A stretch of DNA of 64,000 nucleotides from Lama glama. Lineage: Eukaryota. Made by a program: the position numbers and the translations under genes. Of this stretch, positions 1 through 13,024 are shown in pieces. Each line of letters starts with the position of its first letter. Within the stretch, counting starts at the first letter, position 1. The notes below the pieces were generated by a model. That model saw only the letters and a program-made list of their open reading frames with translations, made no database searches and was not told where the DNA came from. The stretch is from contig CM052816.1 of the NCBI GenBank assembly GCA_028534125.1, positions 44,828,001 to 44,892,000 on the forward strand. The letters are read 5' to 3'.

Positions 1-435
1 CATAAAAAAATAAAATAATGCCATTTGCAGCAACATGGATGGACCTGGAGATCATCATTCTGAGTGAAGTAAGCCAGAAAGAGAAGAAAAAATACCATGT
101 GTTATCACTTATATGTGGAATCTGAAAAAAAAAAGACACAAATTAACTTATTTACAAAACATAAACAGACACAGAGAAAACAAACTTACAGTTACCAGGG
201 GGAAAGAGGGTAAGAGAAAAATTGAGAATTCCACATTTGCAGATACTATTACATACAAAATAGGTAACAAGTTTATGTTGTACAGCACAAGGAAACATAT
301 TCTATATCTTACAGTAACCTATAGGGAAAGAGTATGAAAAGGAATATACATATATGTATATTGATAACTGAAACATTATGCTGTACACCAGAAATTGACA
401 CATCGTAAACTGGCTATACATCAATTTAAAATAAA
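1..435 (+). mobile_element. LINE-1 3' end (ORF2 C-terminus plus 3' UTR), truncated by the window edge
   Basis: It has the L1 ORF2 tail sequence ATGCCATTTGCAGCAACATGGATGGACCTGGAGATCATCATTCTGAGTGAAGTAAGCCAG (MPFAATWMDLEIIILSEVSQ). A cetartiodactyl-style 3' UTR follows (tacagcacaaggaaacatat...gctgtacaccagaaattgacac), ending in an A-rich tail. Confidence 0.95.
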
Positions 436-3400
436 GGAATAAGGAAGGAAGCAGATCTGATGTGGAGTTAACTGGTGTTACTGTCATGCTTCTAGTAGAG
501 CATGACCTTCAATCAAGGATGCAACAAAAACTCAATGATGAAACATGCATGGCAAAAGACCTATTGACCTGCAGTAATCTTTTTGGACATTATCTAACCT
601 TTCCTGTTGATATAAATGATCAAATGCTGAATAAAATTTTAGTAAGTGCTGCTTTTAGAAGAGGAGTAGCAAACAGTTCGTTTTTCACTTACTTATATTT
701 TTCAAGTCTAGAGTAAACACAAATAAACTAGCACACTTTCCCAGGTCATAGGAATAAAAGAAAGATAGTTACAAATAGAATTCCCAATTTTTATCTTTCT
801 TGAACATCCTTGAAAATAAAAATATATTCAACTTAAGAAGATACAGTGTATCTCTCCATATATATGCCATTCTTCTGATCACTAATAAGAGCCAGTGGGA
901 TCCAAAGAAACATACAGCACACCTTATATGCTGAACTTTCCTAGATAACACTTTGCTAATTTAGAATTTATGTAATAATCTTCAGGTTCTCACCTTAAGT
1001 AGCACTTTAATTTCTCATAGGAAAATTAAGACTCTCTGGAAATCTTACATGCCATTTCTGTCCTTCCCATGTCAATGTGATAGCATGTAAACACATGCAA
1101 GCAACAGAAGCATTTATCATGTGCTTCACTAAAACCAAAAGAGTTCCTACAGTTATGGAGTAAACTTGGGGATGGGTCCAGACAGGGCCATGGCTGGTTC
1201 CTGGCCCTTAGGAAACAAGTACGTAAAAAGAGGTGCTCTTTGAAAATGCCTTTTAGTGTTTTACCATTATAATGTTTCTTTCCATTACACATTCCATAAT
1301 GTGTTATCAACCGTATGTTCAACATTTCCTCTTGAAGAAAGGACTGAACAAATGCCACTTCTGGGGAGCATGCCTCAGAAAATAAATTGCTCTTTCAGTT
1401 CCTCTATGTCTGTATTTCTGCCTCCGTCTTGCAAGGTTCATTGTACAGTTAAAACAATGAGCATACAACAAATAACTTTCCCAAACATCATTTGAGCAAA
1501 GGCTTGATAATGTGATAGAAACTCAGCCCAAAGGATGTGCTAATCCAGGAAGCATTTCATCAAGGAGGTCAGTCAGTCTTGACTGAGGTTTGTTTTGAAA
1601 CAAACAAGATTTTCAGCATCAACAATACTGACAGTTAAAGCAGAGTTGTCTACTAATGGTAGCAAGGTGACTTGATATGGTGTGAAAGGAAGATTTAAGG
1701 GTATAATTTACACATAGAGACACTTGACTACCTAGAGTTTGGATTTCAGTTTAACTAGCCCATTCAGTTGAGATATCTAAGGAACATCTAATTTAGGGCA
1801 TGGCCTACCAAAAATATAGGCAAACTTGATTTTACATCAGTTTGTTCTAAAACTACAGTCAGTCGCTTCCCTTTTTTATTTGTATGTTGACTAACAGAAA
1901 CCCAGTAGTTACTATTCACAAGAGGTCCTAGTAAGACTTAGAATATGCTAGATAGCAAAATCATATTATTTCGAAGTCCCTGGTAGTGTTCAAATGTGAG
2001 ATCTTGTCCCTTTCTCAAATTATAATCATAACCAACTAATTATTCATAAGACACTAAGGACATGCCAGCCTGGAAAGCATTTTATGAATACAAGCAGTAC
2101 TTAAGTGAAGAAGAATCAAAATGTTCCATGACTCTCGATTGCTTTGTAGGATTTAAACAAAACGAAATCATTCCATTTGGAAGCAAGGAAAAAGTCTTGC
2201 AGTGACATGTAAAAGAATAGAGGAAAGCAACATACATCATGTTGTTTGATCAGATCAGCTCCATCCTCCTTCATTTACATTTTCCCTATATCTGCTTTCT
2301 AATGCCTAGAAGAAAATAAGCATTTTTTTAAAGAATAGAGAGAGAGAGTTTGAGTATGTCTAATTCACTTAGGTTATCCTGATACCCTATTAATTAGGTT
2401 GATTTTTGACAATGAATGTATGACATTCACTCCTAGTCAATAGTTACGGATATTCTATTATAAAGACAAAAGAAAATCATAATGAATAAAATATACATTC
2501 CTTACCCTCAAGGAGTCACAGTTTAGATATAAAGACAATTCACTGTGTATATTTAATGATATTTTATTTCTGTGAACATAATTGATGTCTTGAAATAAAA
2601 CAGATATCCCTGACCCTATAATCTGACTTGGAAATAAACTGATTATTTCCTTTTTTAAAATGTTAAAAAACATATAAAAATAATTTTTAACCAAAACAAG
2701 TAAACAAGTATGTTGTCACTAGATATAAACTAGAAATTGAGAAATCATAAAAAACTCCATCAGGAAGGATTGAGCTGAGACTAAACAGACGTTTCAAACA
2801 ATTCCAACATGAGTAGGTCATATGTGTCAAGGAGCTGATGCTCAGCTTTCTTGTTGCCATGACAGATTTTTGAAGATTTATTCCAATGACTATGTAGATC
2901 AATGCCAGCCAAATGTTGTATCCAATATGAATTAAATATCCATGAATTAAAGTTTAAGGATTATCATCCAGATCAAAAGACCAACAAAATATAAAATGTC
3001 TCCTACAAAAACCATTAAAGAAAATTTAATTAGCTCAGATCTTCTCTCTCAAGGTTCTTTCTCTTAAAATAGTTCTTAAAATGAATGGTATTACATTTGT
3101 ATTATACAGCCTATAATTTTTCCCTGACATCTTATTTGTTATAAAACTACATTCTTTTTTTTCATGACCTTCAGAAAGCCTCACATTTAAAACTTATTTT
3201 TGGCATACTAATTTGGCATTGTGGCCTCAGAAGCATTTATTCATTATATTTATTATAGACCACCTATACTTGCTATGTAACATCCACAGAAGATAGCTAT
3301 ACTTTCTTTTTTAAACGTGATTGTAAAAGAAGCAATGTTGATTACAACAGGAATTTTGAAAAATTCACATCAACAAGCTGTGGTGAGACAGAATCTTTGG

Positions 3401-3499
3401 GAGTCAGCCTATCCCTGAGAAAGGAATAATACTTACGAGCCAAAGAGTCAATCCCAATTTTTATCTATTAAAATTATTATATCCTGTAACAGTTACATA

Positions 3500-3890
3500 T
3501 ACAAAAATATTTTAATAGCTGCATAATATCCCATTATACAGATATAATATATTAAGTTACATACTGTTGAATGTTTATTTAGTAATATTTTTTGAGAATT
3601 GTAAAAAAATACTGTGATGAATATCTTTATAAATTAATACCAATGTATATCTCCAACTCTGCTTTGGAAGTAGGATTAGTTTAATAAACTGGATATTTTA
3701 AAAACTGTATCACTCCTTCTGAAAATATATCAAAATTGATTCCCACAAGCAATATATAACATTGCCAACTGCATTATTTCCAGCATGGATATCATATTTT
3801 TAATATACTCCAATAAGACAAAAGTGGATTTATTATTTTTTTAATTTGTATTTATTTCATAAACATTAAGGGTAAAACTTTTTCCCAGTT
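3500..3890 (-). mobile_element. Highly decayed ancient L1M fragment
   Basis: Antisense L1-like phrases are visible: ttttaatagctgcataatatcccatt, actgtgatgaatatcttt, gattcccacaagcaatatat, ttttaatttgtatttatttc. Boundaries are approximate. Confidence 0.5.
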
Positions 3891-6800
3891 AGCCATGTAG
3901 GAACTGCAAACTACCAGCCACAAAGAATGGACTGACCAAAAAAACATGATCACTAGCGCAAAAAGTTTTAGGAAAGCAAACTTCTGTGACAACAAAGAAG
4001 CACGTGAGAAGTTTTGGGGTGAAAGATGACATTCTGTATCTTGACTGTGTGTAAATTATAAATCAGTAAACATTGCTTTAAAAAAAAGACCAGGGAGATT
4101 CATACTATACATACTGGTAACCCAAAAGATGACAAATAAAAGAGTGGGCCACAAATTAAAATGTAGAACTCAGGGAAATAATTTCAAAATAAAACAACTC
4201 TTGAATATACAGATTGAAACAGCACACTGTACCACAGGAAAAACTGATGTGGAATAACCAACCCAAATATCGATTTTACCAAACTGACTGAGGTTTAACA
4301 CAAATGAATAAAACATGGGCAAAAAATTATCACCTATGTGACAAGAAAATTAAGCTGTTACGTTAAAAAGAAAGAAAACTACTGGTTTCATAGTAGTTAA
4401 TTCAGAGAAACTAATGTGTAGTACCTAACTTATTTAATAAATATTTGTTCTACATATTTTTTTCCTGCAGGACACGGATTGTAGTTCTAATATTATACCA
4501 AATGAAACAGAATATTTTCATTTCTTACACTTAAAGACAAAAGAGCTCATTTGATAACTCTTGGTAAACAGAACTTAAAATATGTACAGAAATATAGATT
4601 TCTACAGATGCAACAGAAATCTTGCATACAGTAAGTAAATCTCCAACTGTGTTGAGGAATGTTTAAACTTGTTAGAAGGACAACTGAGAGGAGGATGGTA
4701 CATCTGGCAGGATATTTTTGTTAGTTAAGACAGGAGTTCAGGAATTAAACCCAAACGTTTCAGCAAAGGCATATTTTATTTGGGGGTCTTCTTGTTGGCA
4801 TAAGTAGAACTCAGGTAGATAGAATGGCAATAAACTAGAAAATCAAAATGGAAGTCAGGAAGCGTGGGGCGCCAAGGTTGGTCAGGTTGGTCCTCTGGGA
4901 AAGCTAGATGGTATAAGCACATTAAGGTGTCACATCAGCACCTGGGCTTCCCACTGGGGCTCTGGCTACCAGAGCAAAGGAGCTTCCCTTTAAAGGCACA
5001 CATCGTCTCCTTGTCAAAGGCCACTAGTTGATTCCTTAATAGGAAGCCATCTTCTTGCACCTCAGGTAAGTAAGCTTCCTTAAGAAATACGGGAGTTTCT
5101 GTGCTTCTTAACAGAAGATCTCAAACTCCAATGGATTTTGTCAAAATGCTAATCTGACTAACTGGTCACAATTAATGATGCTAATCCTTACTTTTCATTT
5201 GCTTTCATTCGAAAGAAACGCATCCTATTACTGTATTATAAAACTCTGACTGCCATTTCAACTTGCCCTTTTGTTTCTCCAAACAGCTAGAACTCTTTTT
5301 GTACTTAAAAAAGGTATATGCAAATTGTGAAACATTATTGTCTTGATTTAAAACTTGACAACCCCACATTTTCTCCGTTTCTTTCTTTGATAGGTTGGGT
5401 TGGCATATTACCATCCTGCCTGCCTTTATTCAGGGCACTTTCAATTTCTCTTCTGCATAGGGAAGTGATATGATGTTCCAGGTGACTGGGTAGTTTGCCA
5501 TCCTTAAACACGTAATTTCCTACTTGGCTTCCTTATGCCAAGTAGACTTGAACATGTTCAATACATTGAAGTGCAAAGGATTTCCTCCATTAGCATTTTA
5601 AATATTTCATTATCACGTGTACCTTCCATAAATCTAGATAATTCCCTCTGTCCATCTAGCACAAGGTTGTGCTCTCAGCAAGCCTGTACAGCAAATGTAC
5701 AGTTAACCAGAGAAGTCAAATATTAGACAATCTGGCTGAACTATAGGTAACCTTTAAATTAAACAAACCTTCGAATTTCACCCCATATTGTTTATGAAAA
5801 TCCACTTTATAGCCTTAGATACTATAAAACAAATATGACATTGCTTTGATATAACATTTCATGTTGTTTGGGGGTCATTATTACAAATATCAATTATTTT
5901 TATAATATAGTTATAGACGATAGTAAAATTTTAGGTATATCTGTAAAAACTTTAAAACATTTATTGAAGTAGAAATTAAATCTGGCATAACATGTATTAT
6001 GAGGTTATGCCAGCTATTAAGCAGAGAAAAGATTCAGAAGGGCCTGATATAACTCAGCCTTTCAGTGACCACAAGCTCTCCTGAGCTCAACATTTCTTTT
6101 ACATTTACCAGGTCTGGAGCACCACTGAGCCATTCAGACTTCTGACACTACCAGGATTCCTGCCTGCAGAGTTAAGAGGATGTTGGTGATATTTTTGTTT
6201 TGGAAAATCTTGTATCCAAACATAGTGGCAAATCTGCTCAGGATTCTGGTATAATGGCTTTAGGAAAAGGATACACTTCCTTTTTAAAAACACTTTTTAG
6301 CAAAATATGTTCACCATGAAAATGAATTTGTATTGCTAAGCTTGTATGAATAAATAGCCTTCTTAAAAGATGTATATTTCACTTCTTCACAGTTGCTAAG
6401 AATCACATGATGTTCAATAAGACAATTTCTCCTCTGGTCATGCATAGGTTACAAGAGGGAAATTAGGAGGAAGGATTAAAGGTAAGAACTCAATACCACC
6501 TAGGAGAAATGGAATAAGTTCTCCCTACTTTGCTGATGAGAAGAAAATCTCTCCATAAATGGATTGGGACATTTAATTAGGCACATAATCTCAAGTAGCC
6601 AAAATCCACCAATAGGGGGGAAAAAAAACTATGTAAGAGAGGCTCATCAGAAAGCTGCCATGAAAAGAACTAAGAAGTGAAGCTAGACCTGCAAACTTCT
6701 GTTTTTCTCAACAGGTTGATCATATGGTGAGTTACAACAGAAAAGAACTTAGACATTTTAGTTGCTACTCACTAAACCTCTGACAAGAAGAAAAGAATCA

Positions 6801-6984
6801 TCAATATTGCTCATAAGAAATTAGGAGTTTATTTTTACTCACACAAAATTTACCGAAATCCATTTCAGACCTTCTCCTCGTGGCCTGTCCTTAAGTTAGT
6901 TCAAAATTTCTGCTACCCTAAATCACATCTACATATGAATTCAGAAATCCACAAGGGACAATCGCTAAAGCTGAAATTCAGCTC

Positions 6985-8055
6985 TTGACATGTGTTGACA
7001 TGGTCCCTTCCTGAGTTTTGTACTTTCTCTCTCTACACTTGGATGTTGTTTGTAAGATCTGTGTCTCTTCTTGATCCTATTTCACTTCACAGACTGACTG
7101 ATACTTTCGTTCAAAAATCTAAGTTAAAAAATAAGTATTTTCTTCTCTATCTCAACATCTCAAATGTAATTAATTACCTTCTCACTAAAACTGGTCCTCC
7201 TTTCTTCCAACAATGCAGGTTCTGTCCATGGTAATCACCAAAAACTGCCCATTTCAGTGCTGAAATATTTCTTAGCTGTCTCTTTTTTTTTTTTTACATT
7301 TTTTATTGATTCATAATCATTTTACAGTGTTGTGTCAAATTCCAGTGTTCAGCACAATTTTTCAGTCATTCATGGACATATACACACTCATTGTCTGTCT
7401 CTTTTATCACTGCTGCCACTACTCTAGACCAAGCACCCCCTTTTCCCAGACCACTGAATTTTACCGGAGTGCTGTCTCTCACACAGATCAAGCTGGCCCC
7501 AAATCCATCTTTGATAAAGCCGTCAGAGGGATCATTATAAAATGGGCAACTAGTCAAATTACTTCCTCCCTTGATTATCATCTATCAGTGATTCTCACAC
7601 CTACACTCTTAATGCCTTCCTCAGCCAGCTAAAATTATATAATTTTCCCAAGCTCGGGGCCCAGCCTACGTGTCCAGATTTAACTCAAATATGCCTGGTA
7701 ACCTGGTTTCGGCTTCAGCTATATCAAAGCACCCCCATACATACACTTTGCAGTTTCCTGCCCCACCTCTAGAATGCCCCTCAGCCCACCTCCCACACCC
7801 ACTGCTGCTGTGCCTTCTCCAGAAAGATATCATTGACCATTCTTAGCTGTGGTAATGTCACCCCAGCCTCCTCACACCCAGATTTAACCCATGATCCCAC
7901 CAATTACTATAAAATGGCTCTTGCCTTATAGAATTTCAATTATCACTGTTTCTGTACACTCATTATGGGTGAGAATTGAGTGACTTCTATCTCAGTGACC
8001 CCAGACCCTATGACATGATTTAGCCCTTAATAAAACTTTCTTTAATTGAAATGAT
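6985..8055 (+). mobile_element. Decayed LINE-2 3' region, interrupted by a young L1 fragment
   Basis: The tract is pyrimidine-rich and L2-like (ctcaacatctcaaat..., ctgccactactctagaccaagcacc..., ctctagaatgcccc...). It ends in an L2-type tail (ttaataaaactttctttaattgaaatga). Confidence 0.55.
7287..7394 (-). mobile_element. Severely 5'-truncated young L1 (last ~108 bp) with an 11-bp TSD
   Basis: Its reverse complement closely matches the end of the L1 at ~12827-12940 (gacaatga...actgaaaaattgtgct...cactggaatttgacacaaca...gtaaaatgattat.aatcaataaaaaa). There is poly(T) on the left. The direct repeat CTGTCTCTTTT lies at 7276-7286 and 7395-7405. Confidence 0.93.
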
Positions 8056-9044
8056 TAAACTTTCACCAAAGTTTCTGGTCTCAGGCTTATGATTCAGCGG
8101 ATTTCCAGAGGCAAATCTATTGTTATTCTAATATTATCCATGAGAGATCTAAAATGGGATATTAATCCACAGCATTCAGAAATGTCCCAAAGCCTCCAGA
8201 GTTGTCTGGTTCTTCTTAGATAATCTATATGCAAGCTCTGCTATATTCCAGATCAGAGAATTAGGAGCACACATGCAGCTGGTATTGCAAGTCCTTAGTT
8301 GCCAGCGATCTTCTACTGCTCTATGATAGACACGTGACTCGAATGACCTTCTTCAGTCATTGCAGGAATAATATGACCTAAAAAAATGTTTCTAACATAG
8401 TTTTGCTACTCCAAATATGCCATTTGTTCACCAAGCATTCCACTGCCTCACTAGCTTTCTGCCCTGCCATATCACAGATCTTTTATTGCCCTCTCTGGCA
8501 GGTGTGATAGCAGCTTTTTATTCTTCTTTTTCTTTCTGTCATATTCCTGGAAGTGACAACCCCCTTGCCTCTTCCTTGTTGATAAGTAGCTCTATAGACC
8601 TGTCACATCTCATGCAAGTCTTTGCTTTGTTGAAAGAACTTGGGACTCTGTCCATGGTGCTCTGGCAACAGCAACACCAGCTGCAAAAAGAAGAAAGAAG
8701 TGTCCGCTCTCAAAGAGCCTTTGCACTGAGAGCAGGCAGCAGTAGGGGTGGCTGGCCAGGGGCCAGGCTGGGCCAGGCAACAGAAGCCTCTGCCTAACCT
8801 GAGCTGAAATTTCTAGCGTGACTCTCAGCCCTAAGTATGCAGTTTTGGATTAGGAAGGCCAATTGGAAACAAGAAACCATGCTAACATAAAAGCCTCTGT
8901 GAACTTCCAGTCTAATTTACCCAATAAAAATAATGTGTTTAAAACCTATTATGCTACTTGATAATCCTTGGTGTGACACGTACAGCGGCACTGAAGTTTT
9001 TTTTTTAAATAACCTTCATTTTTTTCATTTCTTATATTGTTTGT

Positions 9045-9622
9045 TCCAGCATTTCTAGACCCATTAACTGCTGCCAAAAGTACTCTTCCTAAAATGCAAA
9101 TGAGACAGTACCATTCCATTGTTTAAAGGCTGAAGTAAGTCACGTATCCCTCTAGGATAAAGCGAACTTCCATACTAAATATAGTATCCAAGGCTCCTTA
9201 ATGTCTCATCTTTCCAGCCTCTTCTCCTGCTATACCTTCATATGCATCCTTTAATCTAACACGTAGATCAACAAGCGTCTGGAAATTCCCCGTTACTCCA
9301 TGCTCTCAACTTGCCTTGCTGTTGCAGAGGTTATTCTCTCCCGTAATGGGACATCGCCTGGTACCCACTTTCACCTACTGGGTCCTCAAGAAGCAGCTCA
9401 CCCTCCCACCTCTCTCTTTCTCCTGTTCTTATATTCTCCACTTAGCAAAGCACCTCAAATATACCACTATTATGACCTTTTCTCCTCTATATTCCCATGT
9501 GCTGCCCTTGGTCTCTATCTGCCGCAGGAGTATGAATTATTTGGGAGAAGAAAAAGCTTTATACAGCTCAGTTATCATAGTGCTTGAGAGCATCTCAATA
9601 AATGGTGGTTAAATTAATGAAC
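9045..9622 (+). mobile_element. LINE-2 3' fragment
   Basis: It has L2-like phrases (ttcctaaaatgcaaatgaga..., tctttccagcctcttctcc...) and a tail gagcatctcaataaatggtggttaaattaatgaa. Confidence 0.6.
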
Positions 9623-12221
9623 ACATGATGATGAGAAAATATTCACAAAAGTTGATTTTTGTTATTTGAATATCCTATTTGAAGAAAATATTCTGGATAG
9701 TCATTTTTGCAAAATTGATAAGAGAAAAACTAACTTTTGCTCAAACAAAGCAATTTTCAGTTTAGATAAGGAGTCACCTCAGGGTTCAAACAGCGAGTAC
9801 TTCCAGTGCATTTAGGGTTTAAACGAATAACTACTTGATAGGAAAACTGGGAGGGGGAGAGAGAGCATTTTAACAGGAAAATCCAACACCTACTGAAAAT
9901 AAACCCAATGAAAAGAACATGCAAATAAAATGTGCTTCTGAAGACTTTATCAAAGAAATACAATTGAATTTACATTTGGTTTGCACCCATTTCAGAAAAA
10001 TGTCCACTGTATACAACAATGATGACTCAGTATCTAACTTCACATGTAAACTCCTAGAAATAAGATTTATGATTTGTTACTTTTCCTCTTGTGCATACTG
10101 ATTACATTAAAATAATCTATGTTTGTGCCCATTTTCCAAGCAAGGCTATAAAGTTTTTAACACCCTAGTTTATGCCTTATTTATATTTATGTCAGTAGGA
10201 CTTATCATAGTAGCTGGTACTTAGCAAATATTCTATGTTTACTGAACTAAAGTCTATATTGGAATTTTACTCTTCTGTTGAATATGTCATATTCAGTAAG
10301 CAATAAATTCTCCCTTCAAAAGGCATTTTTAAACACAATATATATTTTGTATCCCAGAATCCAGAAATTATGAAGTATACCTGAAAGTACCCCAAATTTA
10401 AGAGTACATATGTTTTCGAACTTCTAGAGAAGAGTCCTGATAACCTCTTTGTATATAATCATGTCCTTGGGTTCTGATGACTATGAAGATTGGAATTATC
10501 CCTTAAAAAATCAAATTCTTAGTGTAAAATGTAGGATTCAATTCTAAAAAACTAGGTATCAAAAAATGCAATGCTAGAGTAACAATGATTTTTTTTAAAA
10601 CTTCCTACTTTGAAAACTAAATATTAAATATTATCTATTGAATGCATTAGCAGAGCACAGAGAAAAAGCACTCCACTGTGGCTGCCTCAGGGTACCAAAC
10701 CATCTCTAACCTATTTCAGATTCCTACTTATAAAACTGTGGGTGGTAACAATCTGGATACATTTTTGCTTAAATCTTTCACTGATACAACATCTGTCAAA
10801 CAGCCAACATGCCTGACCCAGTTGTACTGAGTAAGCCCTGCAGATTATTTGTCAAACAAATTCAGTAACCCAATATTTGTTTCTTTATTTTAAAATTTAA
10901 TTGGTATGCAAATAGGGCAACAAGACAGCATTTGTGCTGGATACAGTTGTCACTTCAGATTCTGGGAATGCTCATTATCATGCTTACAGATGTTTTTTTT
11001 TTTTTCCACCGAACATCTGCCAATACTACCTAAACCCCAGGAAGTCCACAAACCTGTGCAAACTTCCCCTCACTGTGGATCTCTTTCTCTGTTATCTGTT
11101 CCACACACACTAATTTCGAGCATCTGAGGCCTCTGTACGCCAGGATTATGCCTGCTTCCTAACACTTCAGCCTCCAGAGCTTTAGGTTTGAAATTGAACA
11201 GACACAGAGCCAATTTATCATAGGATGACATGTGTCATGTTCATGGTATTAGCAGAGGAACCCTGGTATGCACTGTATTTATCTTTTAGTTGTCAGCATG
11301 GACCAAGACAACACAGGATAGAGAAGCTATTATGTTTTTAATAATATGATCTATACTTTAAAAATAGAACATTAAATACCATCGCCTTCACAATGTGGTG
11401 CTAGATCATTCTGCTTAAGATCAGAATTTCTTTGTCAAATAATCATTTGTCATTCAAGAATACACCCTGTTGAAATGAGAATAACAAATAAAAGCATTGA
11501 GATATGTTCTCCCAAAGAAAAAGATAAAGCTTTGTTCAAACCAACAATTTATTTCTTCTATCTATCTCATTTTCACATAAATTCCAAACATGCCTAATAA
11601 TGGCTTTATCTTGAATACAATATAAATTCACATCATGTGGCTTTTGTCAACAAATATAAATATCCAAGAGCATCTTCATTCCATTTCCTACTCACTAATA
11701 TATGTACTTTTAACATCCTAATGATGCATTTTTTTACTGTTTCTAGAGCCATTATAAAGCAAATATATACAGAGATAGTAATATTTCAAGCATAAACCTA
11801 ATAGCCAAAAGGAAAAAGCTTTTCATTTGAACCAAGTTTAATGAAAAGCCCAAAACTTGAGGCAAAACTTTCAACTGAAACTGGCTGATCACAGAGTGAC
11901 ATCCTCTTAACACCTCTACAAAGATCTACTTTGTATCAGGAGCAAACATTTGTTCATGCCAAACTTGGCATCTAGTTCTCATTTCAATGTGTCATTAATT
12001 TTGATTTCCAGCATTCTTCCAATTACTTTTTTAACATTTGCAAATATGTTCCTCAAAGTAAAGAACAAATAAGACTCAAGAGCTTGCACTTCTTAGATTG
12101 TATTAATATGCAGTAATTATATACAAAGTACCAACATGCAAAACTCACTATTGCACCTACACAAGTAGAGTAACAAACTCCAGTGAAGGGCTAAGCCTGC
12201 CTCTCAAATCTGATGATGGGT

Positions 12222-12321
12222 NNNNNNNNNNNNNNNNNNNNNNNNNNNNNNNNNNNNNNNNNNNNNNNNNNNNNNNNNNNNNNNNNNNNNNNNNNNNNNN
12301 NNNNNNNNNNNNNNNNNNNNN
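12222..12321. other. Assembly gap (100 N)
   Basis: There is a run of exactly 100 N, the usual placeholder for a gap of unknown size. Confidence 1.
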
Positions 12322-12940
12322 CCCACTCCTGGGCATATATCCAGAAGGAACCCTACTTCAGGATGACACCTGCACCCCCAATGTTCATTGCAGCATTATT
12401 TACAATAGCCAAGACATGGAAACAGCCTAAATGTCCATCAACAGGTGACTGGATAAAGAAGAGGTGGTATGTTTATACAATGGAATACTATTCAGCCATA
12501 AAAACCGACAACATAACACCATTTGCAGCAACATGGATGTTCCTGGAGAATGTCATTCTAAGTGAAGTAAGCCAGAAAGAGAAAGAAAAATACCATATGA
12601 GATTGCTCATATGTGAAATCCAAAAAAATAAAATAAAATAAAGCATAAATACAAAACAGAAATAGACTCACAGACATAGAATATAAACTTGTGGTTGTCC
12701 AGGGGGCTGGGGGTGGGAAGAGATAGACTGGGATTTCAAAATTGTAGAATAGATAAACAAGATTATACTGTATAGCACAGGGAAATATATACAAGATCTT
12801 ATGGTAGCTCACAGAGAAAAAAATGTGACAATGAATATACACATGTTCATGTATAACTGAAAAATTGTGCTCTACACTGGAATTTGACACAACATTGTAA
12901 AATGATTATAAATCAATAAAAAAAAGTTAAAAAAAAAAAA
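12322..12940 (+). mobile_element. Young LINE-1 3' end (ORF2 C-terminus, 3' UTR, poly(A)) running into the gap
   Basis: It translates as PLLGIYPEGTLLQDDTCTP, then after a +1 frameshift at the C-run ~12375-12379 as MFIAALFTIAKTWKQPKCPSTGDWIKKRWYVYTMEYYSAIK...PFAATWMFLENVILSEVSQKEKEKYHM. AATAAA and an A-tail follow at ~12915-12940. Confidence 0.97.
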
Positions 12941-13024
12941 CCACACAGGCTTTACTAAACAAAACTACTCAAAAACATTTTATTAATACGAATATGAATT
13001 AATTACCAGAAGGAGTGGTCAGAA

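Noticed and set aside
700..4600. Multiple GTAAACA forkhead motifs suggesting autoregulation
   Set aside because: This 7-mer is expected frequently in AT-rich DNA, and I cannot show enrichment without counting against background.
4700..5050. GC-richer segment resembling an old LTR
   Set aside because: I could not assign termini, a TSD or a family, so I left it unannotated.
6108..6260. Possible minus-strand exon ending CTG|gtaaat
   Set aside because: The acceptors are ambiguous, the donor is modest and the peptide is unrecognisable. It is indistinguishable from background pseudo-exons.
8417..8797. 126-aa plus-strand ORF
   Set aside because: It has no recognisable domain or supporting gene structure, and its length is compatible with chance in a locally GC-richer block.
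9778..9846. 69-nt in-frame minus-strand exon-like segment (FSYQVVIRLNPKCTGSTRCLNPE)
   Set aside because: The acceptor is reasonable but the donor GAG|gtgact is only moderate, and the peptide is unrecognisable.
12213..12641. 142-aa ORF spanning the N run
   Set aside because: It is an artefact of reading through the gap into an L1 ORF2 tail, not a host gene.
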